This document shows positions 28,312 through 37,678 of a stretch of DNA of 64,000 nt, one piece after another; within the stretch, counting starts at the first letter, position 1, and every line of letters begins with the position of its first letter. The stretch is from a virus: IMG/VR virus record IMGVR_UViG_3300042546_000155; one strand, 5' to 3'. A program made the translations under genes and the position numbers. The notes beneath the pieces were generated by a model. The model was not told the DNA's origin and did no database searches. It was given only the letters and a program-made list of their open reading frames with translations.

Positions 28312-29231
28312 GATATGACTCCTTCACCAGCTTCATCACCATAAAACTTTAAAACTTTTTCTTTCAGTTCAGGAACTCGATCCCACTGGTGAACAATACA
28401 ATACTTATCACCCTTTGGTGTGGCGACAATATGATCATTGATCACAGGCTGAACATCACGGTAGTTCTTATCATACTGCTCTAGCTGCTTAGGATCAGTC
28501 TTTGCTCTCTGTCCAATTTCACCAAAGCCTGCCTCAACAGCCTTGCGAATTGTACCTAACTGAATAGCCCAACCATCTTCGTTTGTCGATTTCTGAATCT
28601 CTGCACTGTAAGGTAACTGATTAACAATGAAGTTAAACACTGCCTGATCGACAATCGGTGTATGACGGTTGATAGATAGCTGGAAGATCATGAGCAATAG
28701 AGCGGCAACATCTTCTGACATACCTGCAATCGTTCCTACATTGTAAATCATTTCTTCACGATAGATATTATGAAAGAAAGGCCCGAAGGTGTCAAGCAGG
28801 TTCTTATCACCCCATGGCTCATCTTTATATAGAAGGCCTTCGGATGAACAGATTAGAGAGTTTGTTACCTTTAGATTCTCAAGGAGAAAGTCAGAAGGGT
28901 TTGTCTGAAAGATAACATCCCTTGTATCAGTTACCACAACATATCTATAGTTTTCACGATGCTCGTTTAGAAAACCCCATAGATAGAAAAATCTTTCAAC
29001 ATGTGGCGCTAGGCGTGTCTCACTCTTAAATCCACCATTACCATCTGGTACACCATAAGCATACACGGTAACATTCTTCTTAGATAGCTTATCGATTGTT
29101 TCTTTTGTAATGTTGGTAGCACAGATAACGATATCACCTGAGAACTCGGTTTGCTTGATTGAGTTAACCCAGTATTGTAGCTTTTCGTAATCGTAGTTTG
29201 ATGCCCCGCCGATGATCAGGTCTTTTTCCAT
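28293..29231 (-). CDS. putative glycosyltransferase
   Basis: RFF, VTDTRDVIFQ, NVG, DQAVFN, HQWDR; location in the sugar cluster. Confidence 0.65.
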   Translation of the reverse strand: MEKDLIIGGASNYDYEKLQYWVNSIKQTEFSGDIVICATNITKETIDKLSKKNVTVYAYGVPDGNGGFKSETRLAPHVERFFYLWGFLNEHRENYRYVVVTDTRDVIFQTNPSDFLLENLKVTNSLICSSEGLLYKDEPWGDKNLLDTFGPFFHNIYREEMIYNVGTIAGMSEDVAALLLMIFQLSINRHTPIVDQAVFNFIVNQLPYSAEIQKSTNEDGWAIQLGTIRKAVEAGFGEIGQRAKTDPKQLEQYDKNYRDVQPVINDHIVATPKGDKYCIVHQWDRVPELKEKVLKFYGDEAGEGVISFQTSN

Positions 29232-29971
29232 GGAAATTTGCCCCCATAATATGCTTCTTGTGTCTTGTTACCTTCATCGAAAAATTCTTTGGTAACTGAA
29301 TTAGGATTGCCATCTAGACGATAGCAAAGTGTATGCTTGCCGTTTGTATCATATCGACAATGATCTTTTACACCATAGTAATAGATACGATCACCACCCC
29401 AACCGGCATGCCATAGATGACATGTCTTCTGGATAAACTCTCTGCGGAAACAGAAAGAAGATGTATCGATTAGATAGTGCTTACCATGAGGAGAACCACG
29501 AGACAGAAAGATTTCCCACTTGCCTAGACTCTCACAGTTATCGTCACAAAGATAATCTCTTGTAGGAGAGAAAATCTTACGAAGTGAATATGCAAAGTCT
29601 AATTGCTTAGTTTCGATTGTCTCAATAAGAGTGGCGACATGATCTGGTTCATACCAGTTATCTTCATCTAGAAAGAGAACATATTCTGAGTTGAGAAGAT
29701 GCGGCATTGCAGCATAGATACGATGCCCGTAGAAGTCACCGCCAGTCTTACCTGTGTTCTCTGGAAGAATGGTGATTTCATATCTATCACGATCAATGCC
29801 AGAGAATGCTTCCGTGTCTGCAACATTATCACTGTATTGAGGTCCATCAATAACGATATAATGCTTACACTTGTAAGTCTGATTTGCTACAGACTTCATA
29901 GCATCAACTAGTTTAGGAGAACCGATTGTAGGTGTGATAACCGCTACAGGCTTTTCGATTACAAGTTTCAT
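29216..29971 (-). CDS. GT2-family glycosyltransferase
   Basis: VITPT, SVANQT, VIDG, FLDEDN DxD. Confidence 0.8.
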   Translation of the reverse strand: MKLVIEKPVAVITPTIGSPKLVDAMKSVANQTYKCKHYIVIDGPQYSDNVADTEAFSGIDRDRYEITILPENTGKTGGDFYGHRIYAAMPHLLNSEYVLFLDEDNWYEPDHVATLIETIETKQLDFAYSLRKIFSPTRDYLCDDNCESLGKWEIFLSRGSPHGKHYLIDTSSFCFRREFIQKTCHLWHAGWGGDRIYYYGVKDHCRYDTNGKHTLCYRLDGNPNSVTKEFFDEGNKTQEAYYGGKFPWKKT

Positions 29972-30537
29972 TTCACTGTTGCCCAAAGAACATCGTTTCT
30001 TTCATGACCATCAAGGTAGTGAATATTGTAGTTTGGATTGATCTTCTTAATCCGTTCTACAGCATCTTCTTTAGTAACGAAAGACCATTCTGCTGAACCG
30101 AACAAACGACAGTCATCAATGATAATGGTATGATCGTTACGACCGGTTGCTGCAATGATATCTAGTTCATCCAATACAGGAGAACCACCAGACTTACCAC
30201 CAGGAAGCGGTCCCGAAGCATGTGCATCTAGCCAGAATGTAGCAGGTCCTTCTAACTTTGAAACGATTTCCTTGAGACAATCAATAGAGTCACCCTGATG
30301 ACAAACTACCTCTGTATTCTTACTAAAGTTTTCAACGGCATTGTCATACAGTTGCTTGTCTAGTTCGATTGTATGGATTGTTTTGAATAGATTAGTTTTG
30401 AGGACCATTGAAACTGTATCACCATGATAGGTTCCTGTTTCAATGAATGTATCGCCGTTCTTATACTTCTCTAGATTTTCTTTAGAAATGTGAATGTCGG
30501 GACGAACATATTCTGTATCAATAATTGTAAGCTGCAT
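29968..30537 (-). CDS. SAM-dependent methyltransferase-like protein
   Basis: FIETGTYHG, TIELD, GDS, FWLDAH, IIDD. Confidence 0.7.
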   Translation of the reverse strand: MQLTIIDTEYVRPDIHISKENLEKYKNGDTFIETGTYHGDTVSMVLKTNLFKTIHTIELDKQLYDNAVENFSKNTEVVCHQGDSIDCLKEIVSKLEGPATFWLDAHASGPLPGGKSGGSPVLDELDIIAATGRNDHTIIIDDCRLFGSAEWSFVTKEDAVERIKKINPNYNIHYLDGHERNDVLWATVK

Positions 30538-30600
30538 AATCTACCTCATATAAAAGAAGGCCGGGACTTGTATGAACAGAGGTCCCGACCGTGTTATTTT

Positions 30601-30608
30601 TATTTATA
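30601..30608 (-). promoter_or_regulatory. T4 late promoter upstream of the glycosylation cluster
   Basis: Exact TATAAATA. Confidence 0.6.
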
Positions 30609-31151
30609 TCACTTAGGTGTTAGCGAGTCCGCAATCTTCTGGACGCCATCCGCCCACGCTTTCGTACCCTCGTTGAGAAGCTGCCTCGTCGTCTCCCCGA
30701 CGCCGAACGGATCCAAGATATCGATTTTCTTAGCCTTCTTCTCCTCGGGAATATAGCGTTCAAGAGCGATTTTAAGTAGACCATTGACCAACTCCGCATT
30801 TTTTACAACAACAGTGTCAGCAAGAGTGAACTTGCGAGTAAAGGCACGATTTGCAATGCCTTGATAGATGTAATCGTTTTCCTCGGCTTCATGTGAACCA
30901 GTAATAGTTAGTTCACCTTCCTTCAATTCAATATCAAGGTTCTGCTTGCCGAAACCAGCAACAGCCATTTCGATCACAAAATGTTCATCATCAATCTTTT
31001 TGATATTGTATGGAGGGTAATTAGATGCCTTTGCCAATTGTTCATTAGAACGGCGCAAAGTATCTAGAATGGCATCAAAGCCGATAAATTGACGGGATAG
31101 CGAATCAGGAATACCAAAGTTATCGGTATTGAATTTCTTGAAAGTTTCCAT
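30609..31151 (-). CDS. small heat-shock protein Hsp20 (IbpA-like)
   Basis: NYPPYNI, IEMAVAGF, GIANRAFTRKFTLA, NGLLKIAL. Confidence 0.93.
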   Translation of the reverse strand: METFKKFNTDNFGIPDSLSRQFIGFDAILDTLRRSNEQLAKASNYPPYNIKKIDDEHFVIEMAVAGFGKQNLDIELKEGELTITGSHEAEENDYIYQGIANRAFTRKFTLADTVVVKNAELVNGLLKIALERYIPEEKKAKKIDILDPFGVGETTRQLLNEGTKAWADGVQKIADSLTPK

Positions 31152-31204
31152 GTGTTTCTCCTTTTCAGCGAGATTATAAAAGACGATACCTTTCGGCTAT
31201 CATC
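31149..31204 (-). promoter_or_regulatory. ROSE-like RNA thermometer in the hsp20 5' UTR
   Basis: 5' hairpin GAUGAUA...UAUCGUC, then UCUC-G-CU-GAAA-AG-GAGA pairing the SD with a bulged G. Confidence 0.7.
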
Positions 31205-31234
31205 ATACATTATATAGTAAACATCGGGTGATTG

Positions 31235-31789
31235 TCAAGTGGAATAGTAGGTGGAAAATGTAAAAGTGTTACCTGATGTTTCACCGGTGACTGAGGAACC
31301 ATTAACAACGGTATTCGATACATTAGCCAAAACTAGAACATCGAAACCAGCACCACCACCATCAACTACACGGTAGATATCACCTACCTTCTGGCCTCCA
31401 GCTAATACATTTTCTCCTGTATCCATTCTGCCATTTTTGTTACCTTTACCACCACCCATCATGCCAAGGGTGCTACTAAGCATCCCATACGCCTTTACAA
31501 CACCCGAACCTTCGGCAGGTGTTGGCAGACCAGTTACATGAGGTATAATGCCTTGAACATCTGGTGATCCTTGATCTAACAAAGAAACGACAAGAGGGAC
31601 ACCTCCGACCAAGACATTACCCGGTGATAGAGATAGCAAAGCACCTAGATTATTGTGTGTATTTAAATCACCAGCTACCGCAACAGGCTTACCCTCAACA
31701 AACACATTCATTGGGTTGCCAGGACCTGGTGTGGTTAAAGCACCACACATTCTTAATGCACCGATGAAATGAACTGGAAATCCGCTCAT
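31235..31789 (-). CDS. PAAR-like spike-tip protein with C-terminal extension
   Basis: HFIGALRMCGA...NVFVEGKPVAVAGD...NVLVGG...H...AEGS; Cys/His pattern. Confidence 0.55.
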   Translation of the reverse strand: MSGFPVHFIGALRMCGALTTPGPGNPMNVFVEGKPVAVAGDLNTHNNLGALLSLSPGNVLVGGVPLVVSLLDQGSPDVQGIIPHVTGLPTPAEGSGVVKAYGMLSSTLGMMGGGKGNKNGRMDTGENVLAGGQKVGDIYRVVDGGGAGFDVLVLANVSNTVVNGSSVTGETSGNTFTFSTYYST

Positions 31790-32382
31790 GAATCCTTCCT
31801 AGGTCTTCCTCTGCCCCGTTTAACAGGAACAGGCTCAACTTTTGCTTCTTCTGTATTTATATTGATAACTTTAATCTCGGCGGACACTCCGGTAGAACCA
31901 AAGCCACCTGTGCGACTTGTCTTAACAAGAGGCATGAAATTGATTTCTTCAATCTTATATTCTACATTCTTGACTAGTTCGGCCTGTGCAACACGATCAC
32001 CGTTATTGATCGTTACAGGGTTACCAGACACATTATGAATGAGGACATACACCTCTTGAACATAGTCAGCATCTATAACACCCTCGGCATTGACAAGTGC
32101 TAGACCCTGCTTAAGTGATAAACCAGAACGAGCATGAACACGAACCGAATAACCCTCTGGAATGTCGAATACAAGACCAGTAGGTACCATCACCCTGTCA
32201 CCAGGACTAATGGTAATCGATTCTCTCATTTCACGATTGATTGGCTTATTGAATTGTGTGTAACCCTGACAAACAGATTTGCCAGCCGGCTGGAATGCCA
32301 GGTCAAAACAAGCAGACTGTTCGGTCTGATGAACTGGGAGTCTAACTGAAGGATGTGTTTTCCAAACTTTCAATGTTTCCAT
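31786..32382 (-). CDS. dut: dUTPase
   Basis: ACFDL, ARSGLS, GVIDADY, GDRVAQ, RTGGFGSTG; C-terminal KRGRGRPRK AT-hook-like tail. Confidence 0.93.
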   Translation of the reverse strand: METLKVWKTHPSVRLPVHQTEQSACFDLAFQPAGKSVCQGYTQFNKPINREMRESITISPGDRVMVPTGLVFDIPEGYSVRVHARSGLSLKQGLALVNAEGVIDADYVQEVYVLIHNVSGNPVTINNGDRVAQAELVKNVEYKIEEINFMPLVKTSRTGGFGSTGVSAEIKVININTEEAKVEPVPVKRGRGRPRKDS

Positions 32383-32397
32383 AATATACTCACTTTC

Positions 32398-32817
32398 TTA
32401 TTCTTCGGTGTATTTCTTCTTGCCTAGAGAATACTTAGCAACTAGATTCCATTCTGACTTCTCGCCGTATGATATGATCTTGATACGGTTAATAGGAGTC
32501 AAAGGCTCTTGTGACTTCTTAGGATCGACTAATGAAACCAATCCCCATTCTGCTAGAAGATTGGCAATCGTGTTACGACGACCTCTATCTTCCTCAGAGA
32601 AGTCTGTTGGCTTGTTATCTAGAATAAACATTTCTTTGAAATGAACAAGGTAGTAATGCCCTTGCTTATGTAGAATATGACAAGACTGATAAAGAGTCTT
32701 ATCTTTCTTAGACGCCACACCAATGCGGGTCAGCGTCTCCTTTACCTTTAAAAAGGCTTGAGGGTCGGGAAGTTTAACTTCCACGAACTCGTCTAGGTTT
32801 ACTGTCATCTGTGCCAC
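32398..32817 (-). CDS. regA: translational repressor RegA
   Basis: FLKVKETLTRIGVAS, LYQSCHILHKQG, HFKEMF, RRNTIANLL. Confidence 0.95.
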   Translation of the reverse strand: MAQMTVNLDEFVEVKLPDPQAFLKVKETLTRIGVASKKDKTLYQSCHILHKQGHYYLVHFKEMFILDNKPTDFSEEDRGRRNTIANLLAEWGLVSLVDPKKSQEPLTPINRIKIISYGEKSEWNLVAKYSLGKKKYTEE

Positions 32818-33181
32818 CCTTATGAATCTGTTTTTTTATTTCTTCTATCTGGTTGGCATTTAGTAAAACCATCACTTCTTTCGCCTTTTCGTAAGAGTAG
32901 TTGTAATACTCTTTCACAGCTTCCAGATTCTCAATGGTCTCACGCTTCTGCCATGGTCTAAATGGACGTTTGTATCCACGGATGGTATTTAGTAAATACT
33001 GATATTGCAGGGATCCTGGCAACGAGGGATAACGGTTCATTTCATTTGCTTGCAAAACGCAATCATAGTGAAACGAGAGGGCCCGGTTCACTACGAAAGC
33101 ATTATAATCTTTTTCGGTTTCCAAGACATCCTTCTTAGTTTGAAGGATGCTTGGAATGATATCTCTGAATAGGTCTGTCAT
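32774..33181 (-). CDS. 62: clamp loader small subunit (gp62)
   Basis: YNAFVVNRALS, ANEMN, KEYYNYSYEKA; synteny 44-62-regA. Confidence 0.9.
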   Translation of the reverse strand: MTDLFRDIIPSILQTKKDVLETEKDYNAFVVNRALSFHYDCVLQANEMNRYPSLPGSLQYQYLLNTIRGYKRPFRPWQKRETIENLEAVKEYYNYSYEKAKEVMVLLNANQIEEIKKQIHKGGTDDSKPRRVRGS

Positions 33182-33558
33182 TGTATAGCAACCAACTTTC
33201 TAACAAGATAAGGTAAATTACAATTCTCGGATATGAGTCTGATAAAATTCTTATCAGTTTTTTTAACCCAAAGAATGTATAATAGATACTCAGGATTTTC
33301 ATTGAAGATATCTATAATACGATCACCTTTATACATACCAAATGGCATAACGTCTGTTGACTCGTTATATGGATACTCCTTTATGATTTCATCAAATCGT
33401 TTGTCTATGATAGAAGCATACTCTTCCCGAGTTATCTCACCTTTCAATTTTTCGTTGAACGTTTCCTCAACGAAACTCTGGACGAATCCATGTTCAATTA
33501 CTGTTCTTTGAGTTGCCTTGAATTGTCCTGTTTGAAACCTTGATGCTCTAGCATACAT
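33178..33558 (-). CDS. hypothetical protein with MPFGxYKG motif
   Basis: Inserted between genes 44 and 62 and coupled to both. Confidence 0.6.
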   Translation of the reverse strand: MYARASRFQTGQFKATQRTVIEHGFVQSFVEETFNEKLKGEITREEYASIIDKRFDEIIKEYPYNESTDVMPFGMYKGDRIIDIFNENPEYLLYILWVKKTDKNFIRLISENCNLPYLVRKLVAIQ

Positions 33559-34493
33559 TACTTTACCTCACACTCAACCATCAGTTCTGTTAGACATGCA
33601 ACTAGATTGATTTCTTGATCGGCAACGAACGCTGCCTGATACTGATACTTAGCAAGTGTAATAACAGCCGCTGGTACACTCTCGGGCTTTAGATATTCTG
33701 ACAAACCGTCATAGATGTTACGAAACACACGGGCTGGATCAACATCTGAATTGAGAACGACCCACTTACGCATAGCACCAAAGTCTTTACTCTTTAGTGT
33801 CTTGATAAGTTCGTCTAGTTTGCGAACATCATTAACCTGACTAAGAACACCAGCATCAATGTTTCCAGAAGTAGAATACCTCTGGAGTTCGTTAAGAGTC
33901 CTACGATAGTCTGGAAAATATCGCTCAACAATCTTTGCCAATACTTGCTTGTCATATTCAATACCCTCTTGCGAAAGAATGTTTGTTAGTCGCTTAAACA
34001 TCTGCATTGCCATCTTTGACTTTTCATCACCCTTAAGGGAGAAGTCAATGACAGAACAGCGAGAATGAAGGGCATCAATCAGACGAGCCTTAAAGTTACA
34101 GGTGAAGATAAACGAACAGTTTTCACTAAACTCCTCGATGGCACCACGCAGGCCTGCCTGCGCCTCTGGAGTTAGATAGTCTGCTTCGTCAAGGATGATA
34201 ACCTTACGACCACCTGTAAGAGATACAGTAGAGGCATAACCCTTGATCTTTGTTCTAAGGGTGTCAATACCTCTTTCATCGGACGAGTTAATGAAAAGAT
34301 GATTAAGGCCAATCTCCTCACACATCGCCTTTGCCACTGTAGTCTTACCGCAACCGGCAGACCCAGTGAGCATTAGATTTGGGATTTCTCCCTTTGTCAC
34401 ATACTCCTGAAAGACCTTCTTTAGGCGATCAGGAAGAATACAGTCCTCAATCTTGTGAGGACGATACTTCTCAACATATAGATATTCACTCAT
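33558..34493 (-). CDS. 44: clamp loader large subunit (gp44)
   Basis: VEKYRP, GSAGCGKTT, IILDEAD, SRC. Confidence 0.95.
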   Translation of the reverse strand: MSEYLYVEKYRPHKIEDCILPDRLKKVFQEYVTKGEIPNLMLTGSAGCGKTTVAKAMCEEIGLNHLFINSSDERGIDTLRTKIKGYASTVSLTGGRKVIILDEADYLTPEAQAGLRGAIEEFSENCSFIFTCNFKARLIDALHSRCSVIDFSLKGDEKSKMAMQMFKRLTNILSQEGIEYDKQVLAKIVERYFPDYRRTLNELQRYSTSGNIDAGVLSQVNDVRKLDELIKTLKSKDFGAMRKWVVLNSDVDPARVFRNIYDGLSEYLKPESVPAAVITLAKYQYQAAFVADQEINLVACLTELMVECEVK

Positions 34494-34651
34494 TCATTCC
34501 CCTTATCATAGCGGATTGCATTGATATACATTATAGCAGAAACGAGAAGATAAAACAACCAGTGCATGATATCATTCTCATCGATAGCAAAGTAGATAAG
34601 GGCAGCCACAAGATTGGCCGCCCCCACAAGTTCAAATGCCAGTTCAATCAT
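34490..34651 (-). CDS. small membrane protein (53 aa)
   Basis: Hydrophobic ORF, ATGA-coupled on both sides. Confidence 0.5.
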   Translation of the reverse strand: MIELAFELVGAANLVAALIYFAIDENDIMHWLFYLLVSAIMYINAIRYDKGNE

Positions 34652-34944
34652 GGTGCAGTCTTCTCAATAACTGCGGTATAGAACTCCTCAAAGTCGGTGT
34701 TCTCCTGAACCTCATCCTTGAAGTTTGCCTTAAAGTATGCACGAGACATACGGCGAAATAGCTTCTTATCGATGCCTAGCTTGTCGCAGACTTCATTAAC
34801 GGTTTCTTTCTGCAACTCACGCTCCGCCCCCACACGAGTCATTGAGTCATTCATTTCAATAACAGCCTTTTTAAGTGTCTTACGATCTTCATCGGTAAGA
34901 CCCTGAACCGAGCGTTGCTGCTGGTTATGACCAATCATACTCAT
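34648..34944 (-). CDS. dsbA: DsbA-like double-stranded DNA-binding protein
   Basis: SMTRVGAERELQKE...LGIDKKLFRRMSRAY...F..E pattern. Confidence 0.6.
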   Translation of the reverse strand: MSMIGHNQQQRSVQGLTDEDRKTLKKAVIEMNDSMTRVGAERELQKETVNEVCDKLGIDKKLFRRMSRAYFKANFKDEVQENTDFEEFYTAVIEKTAP

Positions 34945-35053
34945 TAGAGGCCTCCGTATCCAATACCACAATGCTTCTGCTTTGCGGTCTGTTTCGTTTC
35001 GAGTAGTTCAATAACCTTCAATAGAAGGCTTACCATATAACGATCATCAAACA

Positions 35054-35320
35054 TTAGTTTACCTCAATAATTGCGGATGGATTGATACAAAGGCGGCCAT
35101 CTTTACTACCTTTGATGTATGAATAGGTAACAACCGGATATCCACCAGAATCTACACAAACTTTTTGAAATGCATTGCGCTCCAGATCGTTCTGGTGAGC
35201 AACATATAACATTGCAATGACAGTAAGCACAGAAATACCGACTGTGCCGAGAATAATTACACCAAGTGGATCAAGCCATTCAGAAACGGCTCGACTTGCA
35301 AACTGACGATCACCCATCAT
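35054..35320 (-). CDS. hypothetical membrane protein
   Basis: One TM and C..GG...C. Confidence 0.55.
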   Translation of the reverse strand: MMGDRQFASRAVSEWLDPLGVIILGTVGISVLTVIAMLYVAHQNDLERNAFQKVCVDSGGYPVVTYSYIKGSKDGRLCINPSAIIEVN

Positions 35321-35973
35321 TACTTTGTCTCCAGAGCAATGAAGTATGTAAGAGTATTGTTGGCATTCGTAAACTTAGCAAACGCACCAGCCTGAACCTC
35401 AACGGTGTAATCATCAGGAAGCAACTTTAGATTGTCGATCTTGAAGGTTGCAACGAAGTCCTTGCCAGCATAGTCACCAATCTTGACTGAACCCTGATTG
35501 GAAGTATCGTTTGCCTTTTCATGAATCTTGATAAGAAGTTCACCGTTCTTACCAATGACAGATAGATTAGGAATAGAGTTAAGAACTGCTCTCTTGATCC
35601 AATTCTGAAAAGATGAATTGAGTAGGGTGAACTTAACATCAACCGACTTTAAAGCAAGTTCCTTATCTGGTGGGGTGATGATTAGGTTTGTAGAACAACC
35701 GAGATAGTTAAACGACATTTCACCATCAAAGATCGTAACAGAATCCTTGTCGAATGTAATCTCGGTATTCTTGATAAGAGTTAGATTGGCAAGGAACTGA
35801 TTAAGATCATAGATGCCAAACTGATTTGGGATTTCATCCTCAAGAGTAGCCTCTACAAGAATAGACTTTTCGGGGGAGATAGTTTTCTGAACCTTGCCTT
35901 CATTTAGAACAACGCCGCTATTGATAGAGGCAAAGTTCTTTAGAACATTCAAGGTATTTTCACTTAGCTTCAT
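35320..35973 (-). CDS. 45: sliding clamp (gp45)
   Basis: MKLSENTLNVLKNFASIN, FGIYDLNQFL, YFIALE. Confidence 0.95.
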   Translation of the reverse strand: MKLSENTLNVLKNFASINSGVVLNEGKVQKTISPEKSILVEATLEDEIPNQFGIYDLNQFLANLTLIKNTEITFDKDSVTIFDGEMSFNYLGCSTNLIITPPDKELALKSVDVKFTLLNSSFQNWIKRAVLNSIPNLSVIGKNGELLIKIHEKANDTSNQGSVKIGDYAGKDFVATFKIDNLKLLPDDYTVEVQAGAFAKFTNANNTLTYFIALETK

Positions 35974-35984
35974 TATAAACTCCT

Positions 35985-36581
35985 TTATACGGGATGATGA
36001 AATATGGTACGAGGTTTTTCGATTCCTGTCAAGAGCAAACTGACTTCCTTATTCAGTTCAGCCAGAGTGCCGTTGTTGAAGACGGTATAATCAGGAAAGA
36101 TATCAGTCCATGCGGTCTCCGATATGTGCATCTTTGCAAGTTCTTCGGTGCTAGGATATTTACCTCTAGAAACATGAATTATCTTGCCGCCGACACTCCG
36201 GATAAAATCGATTTCATTCGGGAAGCGGCAATCGGAGATAACAACATCTTCATAACCATGGATACGCTTCTCTAAGGCAGCAATCCATATGTTATCAGCA
36301 ATGCCATGGCGACAAGCTTCGGTACCAAACTTTTGTAGAATGAGACGAGGAGTTACCTCGTATCCTAGCTTATGTGACCACCATGGATCAACAGTCTCAC
36401 GAAAGGTCCGTGAGGCATTACTATCACCTTCTAGAAGGCCCCGTGGCCACATAAAGATTGTGGCAACGGCATCCTTTAGAGCATCAGCAAAGGCAAACTT
36501 TCTATAGCCGTGATCTTTAACGAGAAGATCGGCTACGGTGCCCTTGCCGGATCCGATAAACCCGACAAGGCCGATAATCAT
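35985..36581 (-). CDS. 1: dNMP kinase (gp1-like)
   Basis: IGLVGFIGSGKGT, FADALK, PRLILQKFGTE, SDCRFPNE, HISE. Confidence 0.9.
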   Translation of the reverse strand: MIIGLVGFIGSGKGTVADLLVKDHGYRKFAFADALKDAVATIFMWPRGLLEGDSNASRTFRETVDPWWSHKLGYEVTPRLILQKFGTEACRHGIADNIWIAALEKRIHGYEDVVISDCRFPNEIDFIRSVGGKIIHVSRGKYPSTEELAKMHISETAWTDIFPDYTVFNNGTLAELNKEVSLLLTGIEKPRTIFHHPV

Positions 36582-37384
36582 CGCAAAGCACCTGTAAGAG
36601 CGGCGACGGCTGGTAGATCACCCTGGAACGCATATGTTCCAACATGTGTAGTCTTCATCCATGGGCATAGCCAAACCTTGATGCCAATAGCACGAGCATT
36701 CTGACAGAACATATAGTCCTCCGATAGATAGCGGTGTGATTGTGGGTCGATGACTGTATCAAAGTAGGCGTGAATGTAGCGAGTACCATCAAAGTTGGCC
36801 TGACCGATATGATCTGGCTTATAGTTCAACTCTGGATACTTTTCAGCATAAGTATCAAACACTTCACGCTTTACCATCATGAAGCCGGTACCAATCTCCA
36901 TAACTTCAACTGGCTCGGTAACTCTGAATGACTTAGTACCAGGAACTGGATTGAAAACGAAGTCACCGGTGACCTGATCTAGCTCATTAGGATTGAAGCC
37001 TTCCTTGTCAGCATGGTTCTTAACTGCATTGACAATGTTAGCCCAATTGATTGTCTTCTTAGGATATGGACCACCAATGATATCACGATCCATTGCTAGA
37101 AGGGCGATAACATCTTGTGGATTGAACTGAATGTCGGCGTCGATAAACAACATATGAGTGCAACCAGAACGAAGAAATTCATCAACGAGATAGTTTCTGG
37201 CACGGGTGATTAGAGATTCATTGAAGATGAATGAGAAGCGACACTCCACGCCATACTGAATGCACAGCCCTTGAAGGTCTAAACATGCTTTGGCATAAAG
37301 TCCTGTGCAAACACCACCGTAGCAGGGGGTGGCGATAAACAACTTTCTCTTTCTCAATTCATCTGTTGTAATTTTAATTTCCAT
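36578..37384 (-). CDS. GT-A fold glycosyltransferase-like protein
   Basis: IATPCYGG, ESLITRARN, FIDADI, GTGFM, SEDYMFC. Confidence 0.7.
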   Translation of the reverse strand: MEIKITTDELRKRKLFIATPCYGGVCTGLYAKACLDLQGLCIQYGVECRFSFIFNESLITRARNYLVDEFLRSGCTHMLFIDADIQFNPQDVIALLAMDRDIIGGPYPKKTINWANIVNAVKNHADKEGFNPNELDQVTGDFVFNPVPGTKSFRVTEPVEVMEIGTGFMMVKREVFDTYAEKYPELNYKPDHIGQANFDGTRYIHAYFDTVIDPQSHRYLSEDYMFCQNARAIGIKVWLCPWMKTTHVGTYAFQGDLPAVAALTGALR

Positions 37385-37456
37385 AATGTTCTCCATACAC
37401 GAAAAGCGTGGAGCCCAAAAAGGCACCACGCTTATATATAGTATTCTTTTTAAGAA

Positions 37457-37678
37457 TTAGTTAGCAAGGCGATAGAAAGCGGTGCGCTTGCCATTGACCT
37501 TACGCCAATTGGTATAGATGGTGTAATGCTCACGAAGATCGTAAACTCGCTTGGCAACTGCCTCATATGGCACACGAGCCATGCGGGCAATAGAAGCGGC
37601 AGTAATGCCTGGACCAGTGTTATGGTTTAGCAGGGCGGTTTCAATCTTCTCAATCTGAGTCTTACGGGGTGTAGCCAT
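37457..37678 (-). CDS. small winged-helix DNA-binding protein
   Basis: ITAASIARMARVPYEAVAKRVYDLR...IYTN...FYRL; GGAGA RBS. Confidence 0.6.
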   Translation of the reverse strand: MATPRKTQIEKIETALLNHNTGPGITAASIARMARVPYEAVAKRVYDLREHYTIYTNWRKVNGKRTAFYRLAN

